A DNA stretch of 64,000 bases from Candidatus Anstonellaceae archaeon (GTDB lineage Archaea > Micrarchaeota > Micrarchaeia > Anstonellales > Anstonellaceae), in the NCBI GenBank assembly GCA_038891035.1, contig JAWAEW010000006.1, forward strand, positions 2,221 to 66,220, in the 5' to 3' direction. The position numbers were made by a program, and so were the translations under genes. Position 1 is the first letter of the stretch; each line of letters opens with the position of its first letter. Below, in pieces: positions 28,687-37,388 of the stretch. Below the pieces are notes generated by a model. That model did not search any database. It had not been told where the DNA came from and saw nothing but the letters and a program-made list of their open reading frames with translations.

Positions 28687-29052
28687 ATGGGCATACTCGA
28701 AAAGATAACAAAAAGCATTGGGCTTGGCAAGGAAATAAACCTTGAAGAGTACATGAATGCAGTTGAGATGGAGAATGTTGATGTTCTTCACGAGGCTGCC
28801 GACTTTTATGTGAAGCCTATTGCCCTTGAGAAAGAAGAGGATGTAAATGTGATTATGGACGAGCTGAAGGCGAAAAATATCATACTTTTGAACGTCAGCC
28901 CCATGAGCAAACAGCCAAATAAGCTGCGCCAGATAATTGACAACATAAAAATGCACATTACCAAGATAAATGGAGACATTGCAAGGATAGACAATGACAA
29001 AATACTGCTCACGCCATCAAAAGTTAAGATAGTAAAAAGCAAGAAAAAGTGA
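28687..29052 (+). CDS. sepF: cell division protein SepF
   Basis: 121 aa; DUF552 signature 'IILLNVSPM...IDNIKMHITKINGDIARIDNDKILLTP'. Confidence 0.6.
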   Translation: MGILEKITKSIGLGKEINLEEYMNAVEMENVDVLHEAADFYVKPIALEKEEDVNVIMDELKAKNIILLNVSPMSKQPNKLRQIIDNIKMHITKINGDIARIDNDKILLTPSKVKIVKSKKK

Positions 29053-29757
29053 TCATTGTTCAAGCTCGCGCAGTGCCCTTTTTATTACCCCAAGCACTGC
29101 AGCACATTCTTTATCAGCAAGCATGGCTTTTCCGACCATTCTGCGGAAGGCCACTTTCGTTTTATTTGGGTTTCTAAGACTATCTTTATAGTGCTCAACC
29201 AAGGAAAAAAAGGCTTGCAAAAGCTGCTTCTTTTCTTTTTCACCTGCTGCATTGTAGCCTGCATATGGCAAATCTGAAAGCTCATAAAGCACTATTGCAA
29301 CTGCATGAGAAAGATTAAGTATTGGGTAATCTGGGTTTGTAGGGATTGTGACCAGCAAGTCGCAAGAAGAAATATCTCTTTCTGAAAGACCCCTTCCTTC
29401 ATTTCCAAAAACCAATGCCACCTTATAGTGCGGCTTTTCTGAGAGAAGCTTTTTGAACTGGATAAGTGAAAGCGGAAGGCGAAGGGTCTTGTGCCAATGC
29501 CGGTAAAGCACGCCAGATGTCCCTGCAACGATGCTGCAGCCTGTAACTGCCTCCTCAAACGAACCTTTAACTTGTGCTTTTTCAAGGATTTCGCGTGCAT
29601 GTTTTGAATGCTTGATGGCATCTATCCCAAGATAGTCGCATTTTGGATTAACTAAAAAAAGCTCAGAGAAGCCAAAATTTTTCATCACTCTTGCAACTGC
29701 CCCTACGTTGATTTGGTATTCTGGCTCAACTAAAACAACTCTGAACCTCTCACTCAT
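29053..29757 (-). CDS. SpoU/TrmH-family RNA 2'-O-methyltransferase
   Basis: SPOUT motifs 'VALVFGNEGRGLS' and 'LVTIP...LNLSHAVAIVLYE'. Confidence 0.75.
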   Translation of the reverse strand: MSERFRVVLVEPEYQINVGAVARVMKNFGFSELFLVNPKCDYLGIDAIKHSKHAREILEKAQVKGSFEEAVTGCSIVAGTSGVLYRHWHKTLRLPLSLIQFKKLLSEKPHYKVALVFGNEGRGLSERDISSCDLLVTIPTNPDYPILNLSHAVAIVLYELSDLPYAGYNAAGEKEKKQLLQAFFSLVEHYKDSLRNPNKTKVAFRRMVGKAMLADKECAAVLGVIKRALRELEQ

Positions 29758-30289
29758 TTTTCACAGCCTCAATCAGTGCAATTTTTTCAAAAAAGAAGCT
29801 TTCTTGAGCAACTATTTTTGAGTTGCCAAAATGCTTGTTGAGAGCTTTTGATGAGATCTCTATCCCATCTGCAAGTGAGCTTGCAATTATTGCAAGCCTG
29901 CCGCCTGCACGAAGGTAGCTTTCTGCTTGCATGCAAAACCGCAAGGTAACTTCAGTGCCTGATTTGCCACCATCAAACGCTTTGTTTTCTATGCCGCTGA
30001 GCCTTTCGCTTGGGTGGAGCGGAAGGTAGGGGGGGTTGAAAAGTATTGCGTCAAAAAGCATTTTCGGAATTTTTCTGAACAAATCGGACTGCACAAAAGT
30101 GCAATTGAGAAGCTTGTTTGCTTTAGCATTAAAAGTCGAACATGCCACTGCTGCTGGGTTTATATCTGCCCCAAATACCCTGTTGCGGAAATCTGCTGCA
30201 CCTGATGCTAAAGCTGCAATTCCGCAGCCGCATCCCATATCAAGTATTTTTATTCCTCCAACAAGCTTGGATGCATAATCTGCAAGCAT
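29750..30289 (-). CDS. class I SAM-dependent methyltransferase, Mtq2/HemK-like (release-factor glutamine N5-methyltransferase)
   Basis: SAM motif 'ILDMGCGCGIAAL' and substrate motif 'FNPPYL'. Confidence 0.65.
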   Translation of the reverse strand: MLADYASKLVGGIKILDMGCGCGIAALASGAADFRNRVFGADINPAAVACSTFNAKANKLLNCTFVQSDLFRKIPKMLFDAILFNPPYLPLHPSERLSGIENKAFDGGKSGTEVTLRFCMQAESYLRAGGRLAIIASSLADGIEISSKALNKHFGNSKIVAQESFFFEKIALIEAVKNE

Positions 30290-30384
30290 AAACGAATCCT
30301 CTGCAGGCTCATAAACCGTTGGGAAAATAGAAAGACGCAGGCTGCCAAACTCGACCTCTTTTATAAAATCACCAAGAAGATGAC

Positions 30385-31152
30385 TTAAAGTTTCTTTTTT
30401 CCTGCTTGATGGACTGCTTCTGCAAGCAGCCGCACTTTCTCTTTTGCTGATCCTTGTTCAATCGCAGTGCCTACCTGTACTGCATCTGCACCTGCAGAGA
30501 TCACCGAAGCTGCCTCTTTTGGCGTTTTTATTCCTCCCCCTACAATGTAAGGAATGGAAATTTGGCTTGAAACCGCACGGACAAGATCAAGAGGGACAGG
30601 GCCTGTGCGCGGATTGCTTCCACTATCTGTAAGGACAAATCGATGCCCAAGAAGCTGTGCTGAAAGAGCCAGTGCAGCAGCAATCTGAGGCCTGTCTCGT
30701 GGGACTAGGTTTGCATCCCCCACAAAGCCAACTGTTCCGCCAGGCTCCACAACAATATATCCGACAGGCAAAGCCTCAAGCCCCATTTTTTTTATGATGG
30801 GAGCTGCAAGCATTTGCGCCTGACTTATCCAATATGGGTTGCGGCTATTTAAAAGCGACATAAAGTAAAGCGCATCAGCATACTTGCTTACAGTTGCTAT
30901 ATTCCCAGGGAAGAGCACTACTGGAACTGAAGACTTTTCCTTTATCATTTTGCATACTGCATCCAGAAGCTCTCCTTGCGCCCCCATGCTTCCGCCGACT
31001 AAGATAATATCTGCTCCTGCTTCGCCTGCATTTATTCCTGCCTGTGCTGCAGCCTGCCCAGATTTGTAGTCTACAGGGTCAATTAAAGCAAAAAGCAAGC
31101 CGCCTTTGCGGGAAAGCTCATCTTTGATGTAGCGCTCTACCTTCCCTTCCAC
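30385..31152 (-). CDS. geranylgeranylglyceryl phosphate synthase
   Basis: PcrB/GGGPS TIM-barrel family: 'ADIILVGGS', 'IVGGGIKTPKEA'. Confidence 0.85.
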   Translation of the reverse strand: MEGKVERYIKDELSRKGGLLFALIDPVDYKSGQAAAQAGINAGEAGADIILVGGSMGAQGELLDAVCKMIKEKSSVPVVLFPGNIATVSKYADALYFMSLLNSRNPYWISQAQMLAAPIIKKMGLEALPVGYIVVEPGGTVGFVGDANLVPRDRPQIAAALALSAQLLGHRFVLTDSGSNPRTGPVPLDLVRAVSSQISIPYIVGGGIKTPKEAASVISAGADAVQVGTAIEQGSAKEKVRLLAEAVHQAGKKKL

Positions 31153-31161
31153 AAAACCACG

Positions 31162-32106
31162 CTATTTGCCTTGCACCTTCCATTTATATATTTTTATCAT
31201 TTGGGAAAGCCCTTGTAAGATACTCACTCTTGGCTGCCAGCCAAGCTCTTTTTTTGCTCGGGCGATTGAAAATGCGCGGTCAGATGAGAGCTGGTAGATA
31301 TTTTCGGCGTCAAAGGGAGGCTTTCCAAAAAGGCTCCAAGTATTCACAAAGAAAGAAAGCAAAAACGGTGGACAATGCAGACGCGGTGCTGGGGCATTGA
31401 GCTTGCTTGAAGCCGCACACAAAAGCTCCTTTTGCGTAGGCTGCTGCATGCCTACTATGTTGTATTCTCTACATGGAGGTGTCTTTTGTCTCATTGCACA
31501 AATGAAAGCAGAAACTACATCTGAAATATGCACAAGAGGGATTCGGTTGTTTGCATTGCCAACAAAAGGCATTTTGCCTTTTGAAAGAAGCTCAAAGACC
31601 TTGAAGTAGCCTTGCTCAAATCCAGGGCCATAAATCATTCCAATGCGAAGCAACACGATTGGCAATTTTGGGCAGAACAATCTTGCTGCATTTTCCCCTT
31701 CCAACTTGCTTTTGCCATATGGTGTCTTGGGATGCGTAGGGGATGATTCGTCTATGATTTTTCCTTCATGTAGCCCATAAACAGAAATCGAACTTGCAAT
31801 CACCACTTTTTTGACTGATGAAGGACAGGAAGAAAGAAGATTGTTTATTGTAATCACATTTGCCTGTCGAAGCTTTTCATAAGGGTGACTTCCAGTTAGA
31901 CCTGCTGCCCAAATAACAAAATCAACTCCAGAGAATGCGGATGGAGAGAGAATTGATTTTGAAAGGTCGCAAATAATAGTGTCTTTAGTCAGTTTATGTT
32001 TTTCATTTCTTACAACCGGCCTTACTTTGTATCCTTGCTCGAGTAGCTTGTCTGAAAGCGCTTTTCCAAGCCTGCCTGAGGCACCAACTAAAAGTACGGT
32101 TGCCAT
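31162..32106 (-). CDS. NAD-dependent epimerase/dehydratase (extended SDR)
   Basis: Rossmann 'VLLVGASGRLG' from start MATVLL; 'YGKSK' active-site YxxxK. Confidence 0.75.
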   Translation of the reverse strand: MATVLLVGASGRLGKALSDKLLEQGYKVRPVVRNEKHKLTKDTIICDLSKSILSPSAFSGVDFVIWAAGLTGSHPYEKLRQANVITINNLLSSCPSSVKKVVIASSISVYGLHEGKIIDESSPTHPKTPYGKSKLEGENAARLFCPKLPIVLLRIGMIYGPGFEQGYFKVFELLSKGKMPFVGNANNRIPLVHISDVVSAFICAMRQKTPPCREYNIVGMQQPTQKELLCAASSKLNAPAPRLHCPPFLLSFFVNTWSLFGKPPFDAENIYQLSSDRAFSIARAKKELGWQPRVSILQGLSQMIKIYKWKVQGK

Positions 32107-32140
32107 GCAAAAAAAATAGGAGAAGCACTTTAAAATTACA

Positions 32141-32758
32141 GTGCAACAAAATGGCATGCTTTTGGCCTTTGAAGGAATTGACGGCTCAGGTAAAGGGGAG
32201 CAGATAAGGTTGCTTGCTTCTTACTTGAGGCAGAAGAAAATAAGGTACAGAATCCACAAGTACCCTACCAAAAAAGCAAAGCAGGCTTTTTTGCATCTCA
32301 AGCGAAAAGCAAGCATACCTGCAGATCGCCTTGCAGAAATTTTCATTAAGGACATAATGGCTGGCCAAAAGAAAATAGAAAAAGAGCTTAATGCAGGCTT
32401 TGTAGTGATTTGCGATCGCTATTTGCATTCTACTCTTGCATATCAGGGGGTTGGTGTGGGCTATCGGGGACTTAGACAGATGATCTTGAGTTTGGGTGCG
32501 CACACACCCGATTTGGTTTTTGTGCTTGATCTTGATCCAACGATTGGAAAGAGGAGAAAATTTGCTCAAAAAGCACTGGATAGACATGAAAATGATGTAA
32601 AGTTTCTGGCTGAAGTAAGGAAAAACTACATGAAAATGGTACAAGATGGATTTCTTTCGTACGGATTCGCAGTTCTTGATGCAAGCAAACCAAAAGAAGA
32701 AGTATTTGCAAGCGTGCTTTCACATTTAGAGCCAATGATTACAAGGATGGGCCACTAA
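32141..32758 (+). CDS. tmk: thymidylate kinase
   Basis: P-loop 'FEGIDGSGKG', 'DRY' motif region 'CDRYLHSTLAYQ'. Confidence 0.8.
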   Translation: MQQNGMLLAFEGIDGSGKGEQIRLLASYLRQKKIRYRIHKYPTKKAKQAFLHLKRKASIPADRLAEIFIKDIMAGQKKIEKELNAGFVVICDRYLHSTLAYQGVGVGYRGLRQMILSLGAHTPDLVFVLDLDPTIGKRRKFAQKALDRHENDVKFLAEVRKNYMKMVQDGFLSYGFAVLDASKPKEEVFASVLSHLEPMITRMGH

Positions 32759-33117
32759 TGCCCTACCCTTTCACAGCGGAGATCTGCTTTAAGGTCATAT
32801 CTTTCTGCAATTGCTCCATCTGCTCCGAACCCAAAAATTGTAAGCCGGATCGTATAAGTATCAGGATAAGAGCCTGCGCCGCCATAAATCTTGACCTTTT
32901 TGCTTGCTTTGCCACCTGGAAGTGCTATTCCGACCCGCATTCTGCCTTTTGAAAGCTGCCTGTCTGGCGCAAGAGATATGGCCTCTGGAACAGATACATC
33001 ACATTCTACCCATCTGGGCTCTTGGCCTGAATTGTACACGCTTACTTCCATTTCAACCTCATTGCGTACATAAGCAACTAGCCGTATAGGATAAAAATGG
33101 GTTGTTGGGTTCAGCAT
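32755..33117 (-). CDS. hypothetical protein
   Basis: 120-aa ORF with ATGA-type overlap to tmk stop; no recognisable motifs. Confidence 0.35.
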   Translation of the reverse strand: MLNPTTHFYPIRLVAYVRNEVEMEVSVYNSGQEPRWVECDVSVPEAISLAPDRQLSKGRMRVGIALPGGKASKKVKIYGGAGSYPDTYTIRLTIFGFGADGAIAERYDLKADLRCERVGH

Positions 33118-33167
33118 GAGTGGATATTTACGTTGGAGTTTTTAACTTTTGGTGCCTACAGCAAAGC

Positions 33168-33641
33168 ATGGAAATACCAGAATCAAGGCTAATTCGTGGG
33201 GAATGTCTTGTTCGCGATTTGCAGCTTTCAGAAGAGGTAAAGCTGACGCGAAGAGGGCTTATTAGATATCTTGCTCTTTCGCTTGGATTAATTTACCCAA
33301 ATGAGTCCAGAACAGGACTTCTTGAAGTTTTGGAGGCTCTTCTTTTTTTCCACTATCAAAAAAGAGAAACGCATACTGATCCAGACATTCATCAAATAAT
33401 TGAGAAGATAGCCCAGATAAAAAAAAGCAACCCAAATCCTAAAGCAGTGCATTACCATTTGCTTCAGCTAAAAAAGCTGGGCATAATCGAGCAGAAAAAA
33501 AGAAGATATAGGTTTGTTCTCTCACCTATGCAAGAAAATGATGACCTTGCCGAAGGTCTTGCCTATGTCTTTCGGCAAAGATTCGAAGCTTCATTTGAAA
33601 AGATAAGAAAGGTCCTTTCTTTGATTGAAAAGAGCTTCTAA
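33168..33641 (+). CDS. hypothetical winged-helix protein
   Basis: C-terminal 'VHYHLLQLKKLGIIEQKKRRYRF' wHTH-like; start could be 33120. Confidence 0.4.
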   Translation: MEIPESRLIRGECLVRDLQLSEEVKLTRRGLIRYLALSLGLIYPNESRTGLLEVLEALLFFHYQKRETHTDPDIHQIIEKIAQIKKSNPNPKAVHYHLLQLKKLGIIEQKKRRYRFVLSPMQENDDLAEGLAYVFRQRFEASFEKIRKVLSLIEKSF

Positions 33642-33642
33642 T

Positions 33643-34080
33643 CTAAGCTAGTGCGGGCTCTGTCAGTGGATATTCTTTGTCAAAGGCTACTGCAAACGAA
33701 GAGATGCCTAATTTTTGAAGATAGCTTTTTGCAATCTTTAAAATGAGCCCTTCAAGTAAAGTTGCCTTCATTGTTGATTCTTTGGTTTCTTTATAAAAGA
33801 GGTTCTGCGAAAGATGCTGTAAAATTGCTTTTTTGTCTTTATCGATGAAAAATGTTACTGTGCCTATCTCATATATTCCTGCAGGCTTTGGAATGAACTT
33901 GGAAATCTCACTTGGAAAAGGTTCAGAGTAAAAAAGCTGCCCTTCCTTTACAAGCCAGGCTCCTGGTTTTTGCCTTTCTGATGAAAAAAATGTAAATGAT
34001 GCGTAGGAGCTTCCCCTAAAAACTGTTGCAGCAAGGAAAATCTGCTGCACCGAAGATTTGTTTTGCTGAAATTGCGCCAT
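33643..34080 (-). CDS. hypothetical protein
   Basis: 145-aa ORF; no confident family assignment. Confidence 0.35.
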   Translation of the reverse strand: MAQFQQNKSSVQQIFLAATVFRGSSYASFTFFSSERQKPGAWLVKEGQLFYSEPFPSEISKFIPKPAGIYEIGTVTFFIDKDKKAILQHLSQNLFYKETKESTMKATLLEGLILKIAKSYLQKLGISSFAVAFDKEYPLTEPALA

Positions 34081-34157
34081 ATGAATCGGAGGCTTTCTGC
34101 TGCATCTTTATTAAAAGCAATCTGTTTTATTTGAAACTAGATGTTTCTTAAGGAACA

Positions 34158-35156
34158 TTAAATGGTGTCTATGAATGAGAGGAAAACTTGTGCAGAAAAC
34201 AGCCTGTAAAGTTCAAGCGAAGCAATGGCGCATATTATAACAGATACAAGAGGATAAAAGATGAGGTCTATCTTTGCCATCCAGAGTGCATAGTTGCTTG
34301 TTGGGAAAATTATTTGCACTTTTCCTGGAAAGTCTCCTTCTGCCATTTGGCTTATCTTGGATTTCACTGCTGCAGGCTTGTCCAGCTCCAAAAGAGGCAG
34401 CGAAGCAAATGATTTGTTGAAGTTTTCTGCTACCTCTGTTGCCTGCCAAGTCGCCTCAAGTGCCTTGCTTATTTGGAATGAATGAAGAAAAATGAGAGGA
34501 TAGACCATATAGGCTGAAACCGAGAGTGCCATTACTGCTGCTCCTAGCCTGCGCGTGGCAAAAAAAGTTCGCAAAAGAAGGCCTGCAGGCAAAAACAAGG
34601 CAAGGGCAGAGTCGCGGACTGCGAGCGCGATTTCAAGTTCAAATGCAGCGATTGCTGCCGTAGTTGAAAATTCTGCTGCAAGCTCTGCCAGCTGCTGGGA
34701 GTAAGATCTTAATGCAAAGAAAGGTTCGAAAAGTATTTCCCCTGTTTTCAGTTGAATTGAGCCTGCAACCCCCGCAATATCTGCACATCTGTAAAGCTGA
34801 GCGGCCAAAGAGGAGAATGAATTAGCATAAGAGTAAAGGAAACATGAATAAAAGGAAAAAGGAGAACTTGTTGGGGCATGTATCGGAGGGCAGACAGGCA
34901 ATGCCTGCGCTGGTACCAGAGAGGAGACTGAAGCGTCCGCAATTGCTGCAAATGAGATGATGCCGCCAAGCATTGCAGCAGAAATGATTCCTTGGGCTAT
35001 CTCTTCTGCTCCAACCAGCCTTAACCTCTTTATGCCAAATCCTATTCCTATTCCAAAAACAATTCCGCCGATGAGTATAGAGATGGTTGCGGCGATTATA
35101 GCTATGTCAAAGCTGCCTGTTTGGATTTGAAAATCTTGCAGTAACGGCATAAACAT
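34158..35156 (-). CDS. polytopic membrane protein (hypothetical)
   Basis: 332 aa with N-terminal TM 'IAIIAATISILIGGIVFGIGIGFG' and several further hydrophobic helices separated by Ala-rich soluble segments. Confidence 0.45.
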   Translation of the reverse strand: MFMPLLQDFQIQTGSFDIAIIAATISILIGGIVFGIGIGFGIKRLRLVGAEEIAQGIISAAMLGGIISFAAIADASVSSLVPAQALPVCPPIHAPTSSPFSFYSCFLYSYANSFSSLAAQLYRCADIAGVAGSIQLKTGEILFEPFFALRSYSQQLAELAAEFSTTAAIAAFELEIALAVRDSALALFLPAGLLLRTFFATRRLGAAVMALSVSAYMVYPLIFLHSFQISKALEATWQATEVAENFNKSFASLPLLELDKPAAVKSKISQMAEGDFPGKVQIIFPTSNYALWMAKIDLIFYPLVSVIICAIASLELYRLFSAQVFLSFIDTI

Positions 35157-35675
35157 TTATTGGCTGATGAATTTTGCGACTATGACTGCGCCGATAGCCG
35201 CAAGTAATGTGTCAATGAATACCACCAGAGGCAGAAGCAAAAAGGACAATAAAGTTGAAATTCCTGCTCCAAATGGTGCAACTTTTGGGAAAAGTACCCA
35301 TGAAACGATAAGAAGCAGTGCAGAAAATGAAGACCCGAGAAATCCTGCCAAAGCTCCCGCTGCTGCGGCTTGCTTGAGTGTAATTGGCCTTTTTTTTATC
35401 TTTTCGAGTGCCAATGCAGCAATAGCCCCTGCTACCAAAGGCATGGCGCACACAATAGGAACAAATACTAAGGAAATGAGATCATATTTTGGAAAAAGCA
35501 ACACTGATAATTCAGAAATTGCAAAAAAGCCAGCTAACAAAATCGCACCTACAATACTTGCTACCAAATATTCTGCTATTTTTCTTAGCATGCCTGCAGG
35601 AATAAAAGAAAGCATTGATTCATCTGTGACCTGTTGCACTTTTATCGTCGGCAATTCAATCACCATACTTTGCAC
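35157..35675 (-). CDS. membrane protein (4 TM, hypothetical)
   Basis: 172 aa; four hydrophobic helices; adjacent (1-nt gap) to downstream membrane protein. Confidence 0.45.
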   Translation of the reverse strand: MQSMVIELPTIKVQQVTDESMLSFIPAGMLRKIAEYLVASIVGAILLAGFFAISELSVLLFPKYDLISLVFVPIVCAMPLVAGAIAALALEKIKKRPITLKQAAAAGALAGFLGSSFSALLLIVSWVLFPKVAPFGAGISTLLSFLLLPLVVFIDTLLAAIGAVIVAKFISQ

Positions 35676-35696
35676 AAAAACAAAGTATAAAAATGC

Positions 35697-36014
35697 TCAC
35701 TTTTTCTCTGAAGGTTTTTGCTCTTGCTGAGGCTGCTGCTTGCTTTCAAGCACTGCTGAGTCGCATCTTTTGATGAAATCGTCAAGAATAGATGCAATTT
35801 GTGCCCCTTTTTCTGTTAAGCGGTAAATTTTTTGCTTCCCTTTTTTTTCAAAGCTGATGATTCCAAACTTTTGCAGTTTGTTCAGTATTGCGACTGTGTA
35901 TACATAAGAGCAGTTTGCTCCCCTGGCAAGCTTTGATGGAAACCATTGTTGGCTAGAATCCTTCAGCAAAAGCAACATATTGGCTGGCTTGAGTTTGACG
36001 AAAAGTGACTTCAT
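35697..36014 (-). CDS. winged-helix transcriptional regulator (PadR/ArsR-like)
   Basis: 'YVYTVAILNKLQKFGIISFEKKGKQKIYRLTEKG' recognition helix + wing; Q/K/E-rich tail. Confidence 0.5.
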   Translation of the reverse strand: MKSLFVKLKPANMLLLLKDSSQQWFPSKLARGANCSYVYTVAILNKLQKFGIISFEKKGKQKIYRLTEKGAQIASILDDFIKRCDSAVLESKQQPQQEQKPSEKK

Positions 36015-36451
36015 CTAAACTCCTCGGGTGAAAACAGCCTTTCGCAATGCCTGCATCTTAATTTCGTGCCTTCCACGCTGAAAGTTGTTTTAGCAGGCTC
36101 GTGCGAAGTTATGCATTTGGGATTTGGGCAGGAAAGAAGGCCGGAAAGCACTTGTGGGAGCACCACCTTGTGCTTGTCCACCACTTTTCCTCCTTTTATG
36201 ATATTCATTGTTGCACTCGGCGCAATCAATGATATTCTGTTTGCGGTTTTCTCATCCACAAACACTCCTTCAAGCTTCACTATATCTTTTCGCCCAAGCT
36301 TTCTAGATGGAACGTTGATGATGAGAGCTGCAGCTTTTTGGATAGGGTATTTTTCAGAGATGATCTGCAAAACTTTCATGCCCATTCCTGCAGCAATGTG
36401 GTCCATAACTGTGCCTTCTTCTATCTTTTTTACTATCAGCGGCATATTCAT
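36011..36451 (-). CDS. pyrI: aspartate carbamoyltransferase regulatory subunit
   Basis: C-terminal zinc domain 'CPNPKCITSHEP...CRHCERLF'; ATGA overlap with pyrB stop at 36451. Confidence 0.85.
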   Translation of the reverse strand: MNMPLIVKKIEEGTVMDHIAAGMGMKVLQIISEKYPIQKAAALIINVPSRKLGRKDIVKLEGVFVDEKTANRISLIAPSATMNIIKGGKVVDKHKVVLPQVLSGLLSCPNPKCITSHEPAKTTFSVEGTKLRCRHCERLFSPEEFR

Positions 36452-37368
36452 CAACCATTTATGCAACGGTGCAGGACAGCCATCCTGACAGGAACACCGT
36501 TTCTTGCTTGATCAAAATATTTTGCATATGGCGTAAAATCAAGTTCAGCTGGAAGCTCATCCACTTTTGGCAGCGGATGGAGTATCGCAAGGTCTTTTTT
36601 TGCTTCTGAAAGCATAGCCATTTCTACTCTGAATTCTTTCTGCATCCTTTCAGCCTCATACTGATCGGAAAACCTTTCTTTTTGTATTCTGCAAACATAA
36701 AGCACATCGCAATCTTTTAGCTGGAGTTTGGAAGTTTGTACTGGCTTTACCCCGAATTTTTCATTTATCTCTGATAGGATTTCGCTGTCTATTCTGAGTG
36801 ATTCGGGAGAGCATAAAGTGACTTCTGCCTCGAACATCGCAAGGCCGTACAAAAGAGAGCGCATGGTTCTGGCATGCTTCAAATCACCAAGCAATGTCAC
36901 ATTAAGCCCGCTTATTTTACCTTTTAGCTTTGAGATAGTGTAAAGATCAATCAAAGTTTGTGTTGGATGCTGATTCCCACCATCGCCTGCATTGATCACA
37001 GGGTGCTCTGCAAGGTCTGCAGCAAGCCTGGCTGCACCTTCTAAAGAATGCCTTATTACCAATGCATCAGAATAGCCGTCCATCATGCGCACAGTATCAG
37101 AAAAAGTCTCGCCTTTTGCTGTCGAACTTGTAGAATGATGGAAGGTAAGCACTTTTGCCCCCAGCCTCTTTGCAGCTGCTTGGAAAGACATGTTAGTTCG
37201 CGTGGATGGCTCGAAAAACATAATTGAAACTATTTTTCCTTGGAGTAAGGAAAGCTGCCTTTTGGACAAAATAAGCTTCTCCATTTTTGCAGCTTCTCTC
37301 AGATATTTTTCTATTTGGTTTTTGTTAAGGTCGCGAATTGAGATCAGATCTTGCATTCCTCCCACCAC
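36451..37368 (-). CDS. pyrB: aspartate carbamoyltransferase catalytic subunit
   Basis: 'FFEPSTRTNMSF' carbamoyl-phosphate binding, 'HPTQTL', 'HPLP'. Confidence 0.9.
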   Translation of the reverse strand: MVGGMQDLISIRDLNKNQIEKYLREAAKMEKLILSKRQLSLLQGKIVSIMFFEPSTRTNMSFQAAAKRLGAKVLTFHHSTSSTAKGETFSDTVRMMDGYSDALVIRHSLEGAARLAADLAEHPVINAGDGGNQHPTQTLIDLYTISKLKGKISGLNVTLLGDLKHARTMRSLLYGLAMFEAEVTLCSPESLRIDSEILSEINEKFGVKPVQTSKLQLKDCDVLYVCRIQKERFSDQYEAERMQKEFRVEMAMLSEAKKDLAILHPLPKVDELPAELDFTPYAKYFDQARNGVPVRMAVLHRCING

Positions 37369-37388
37369 ATCAAATATGCCGCGAAGCT

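Noticed and set aside
33643-34080. Assignment as methylpurine-DNA glycosylase (AAG/Mpg)
   Set aside because: Only a vague resemblance. The diagnostic YVY/IYG motifs are not present, so it is left as hypothetical.
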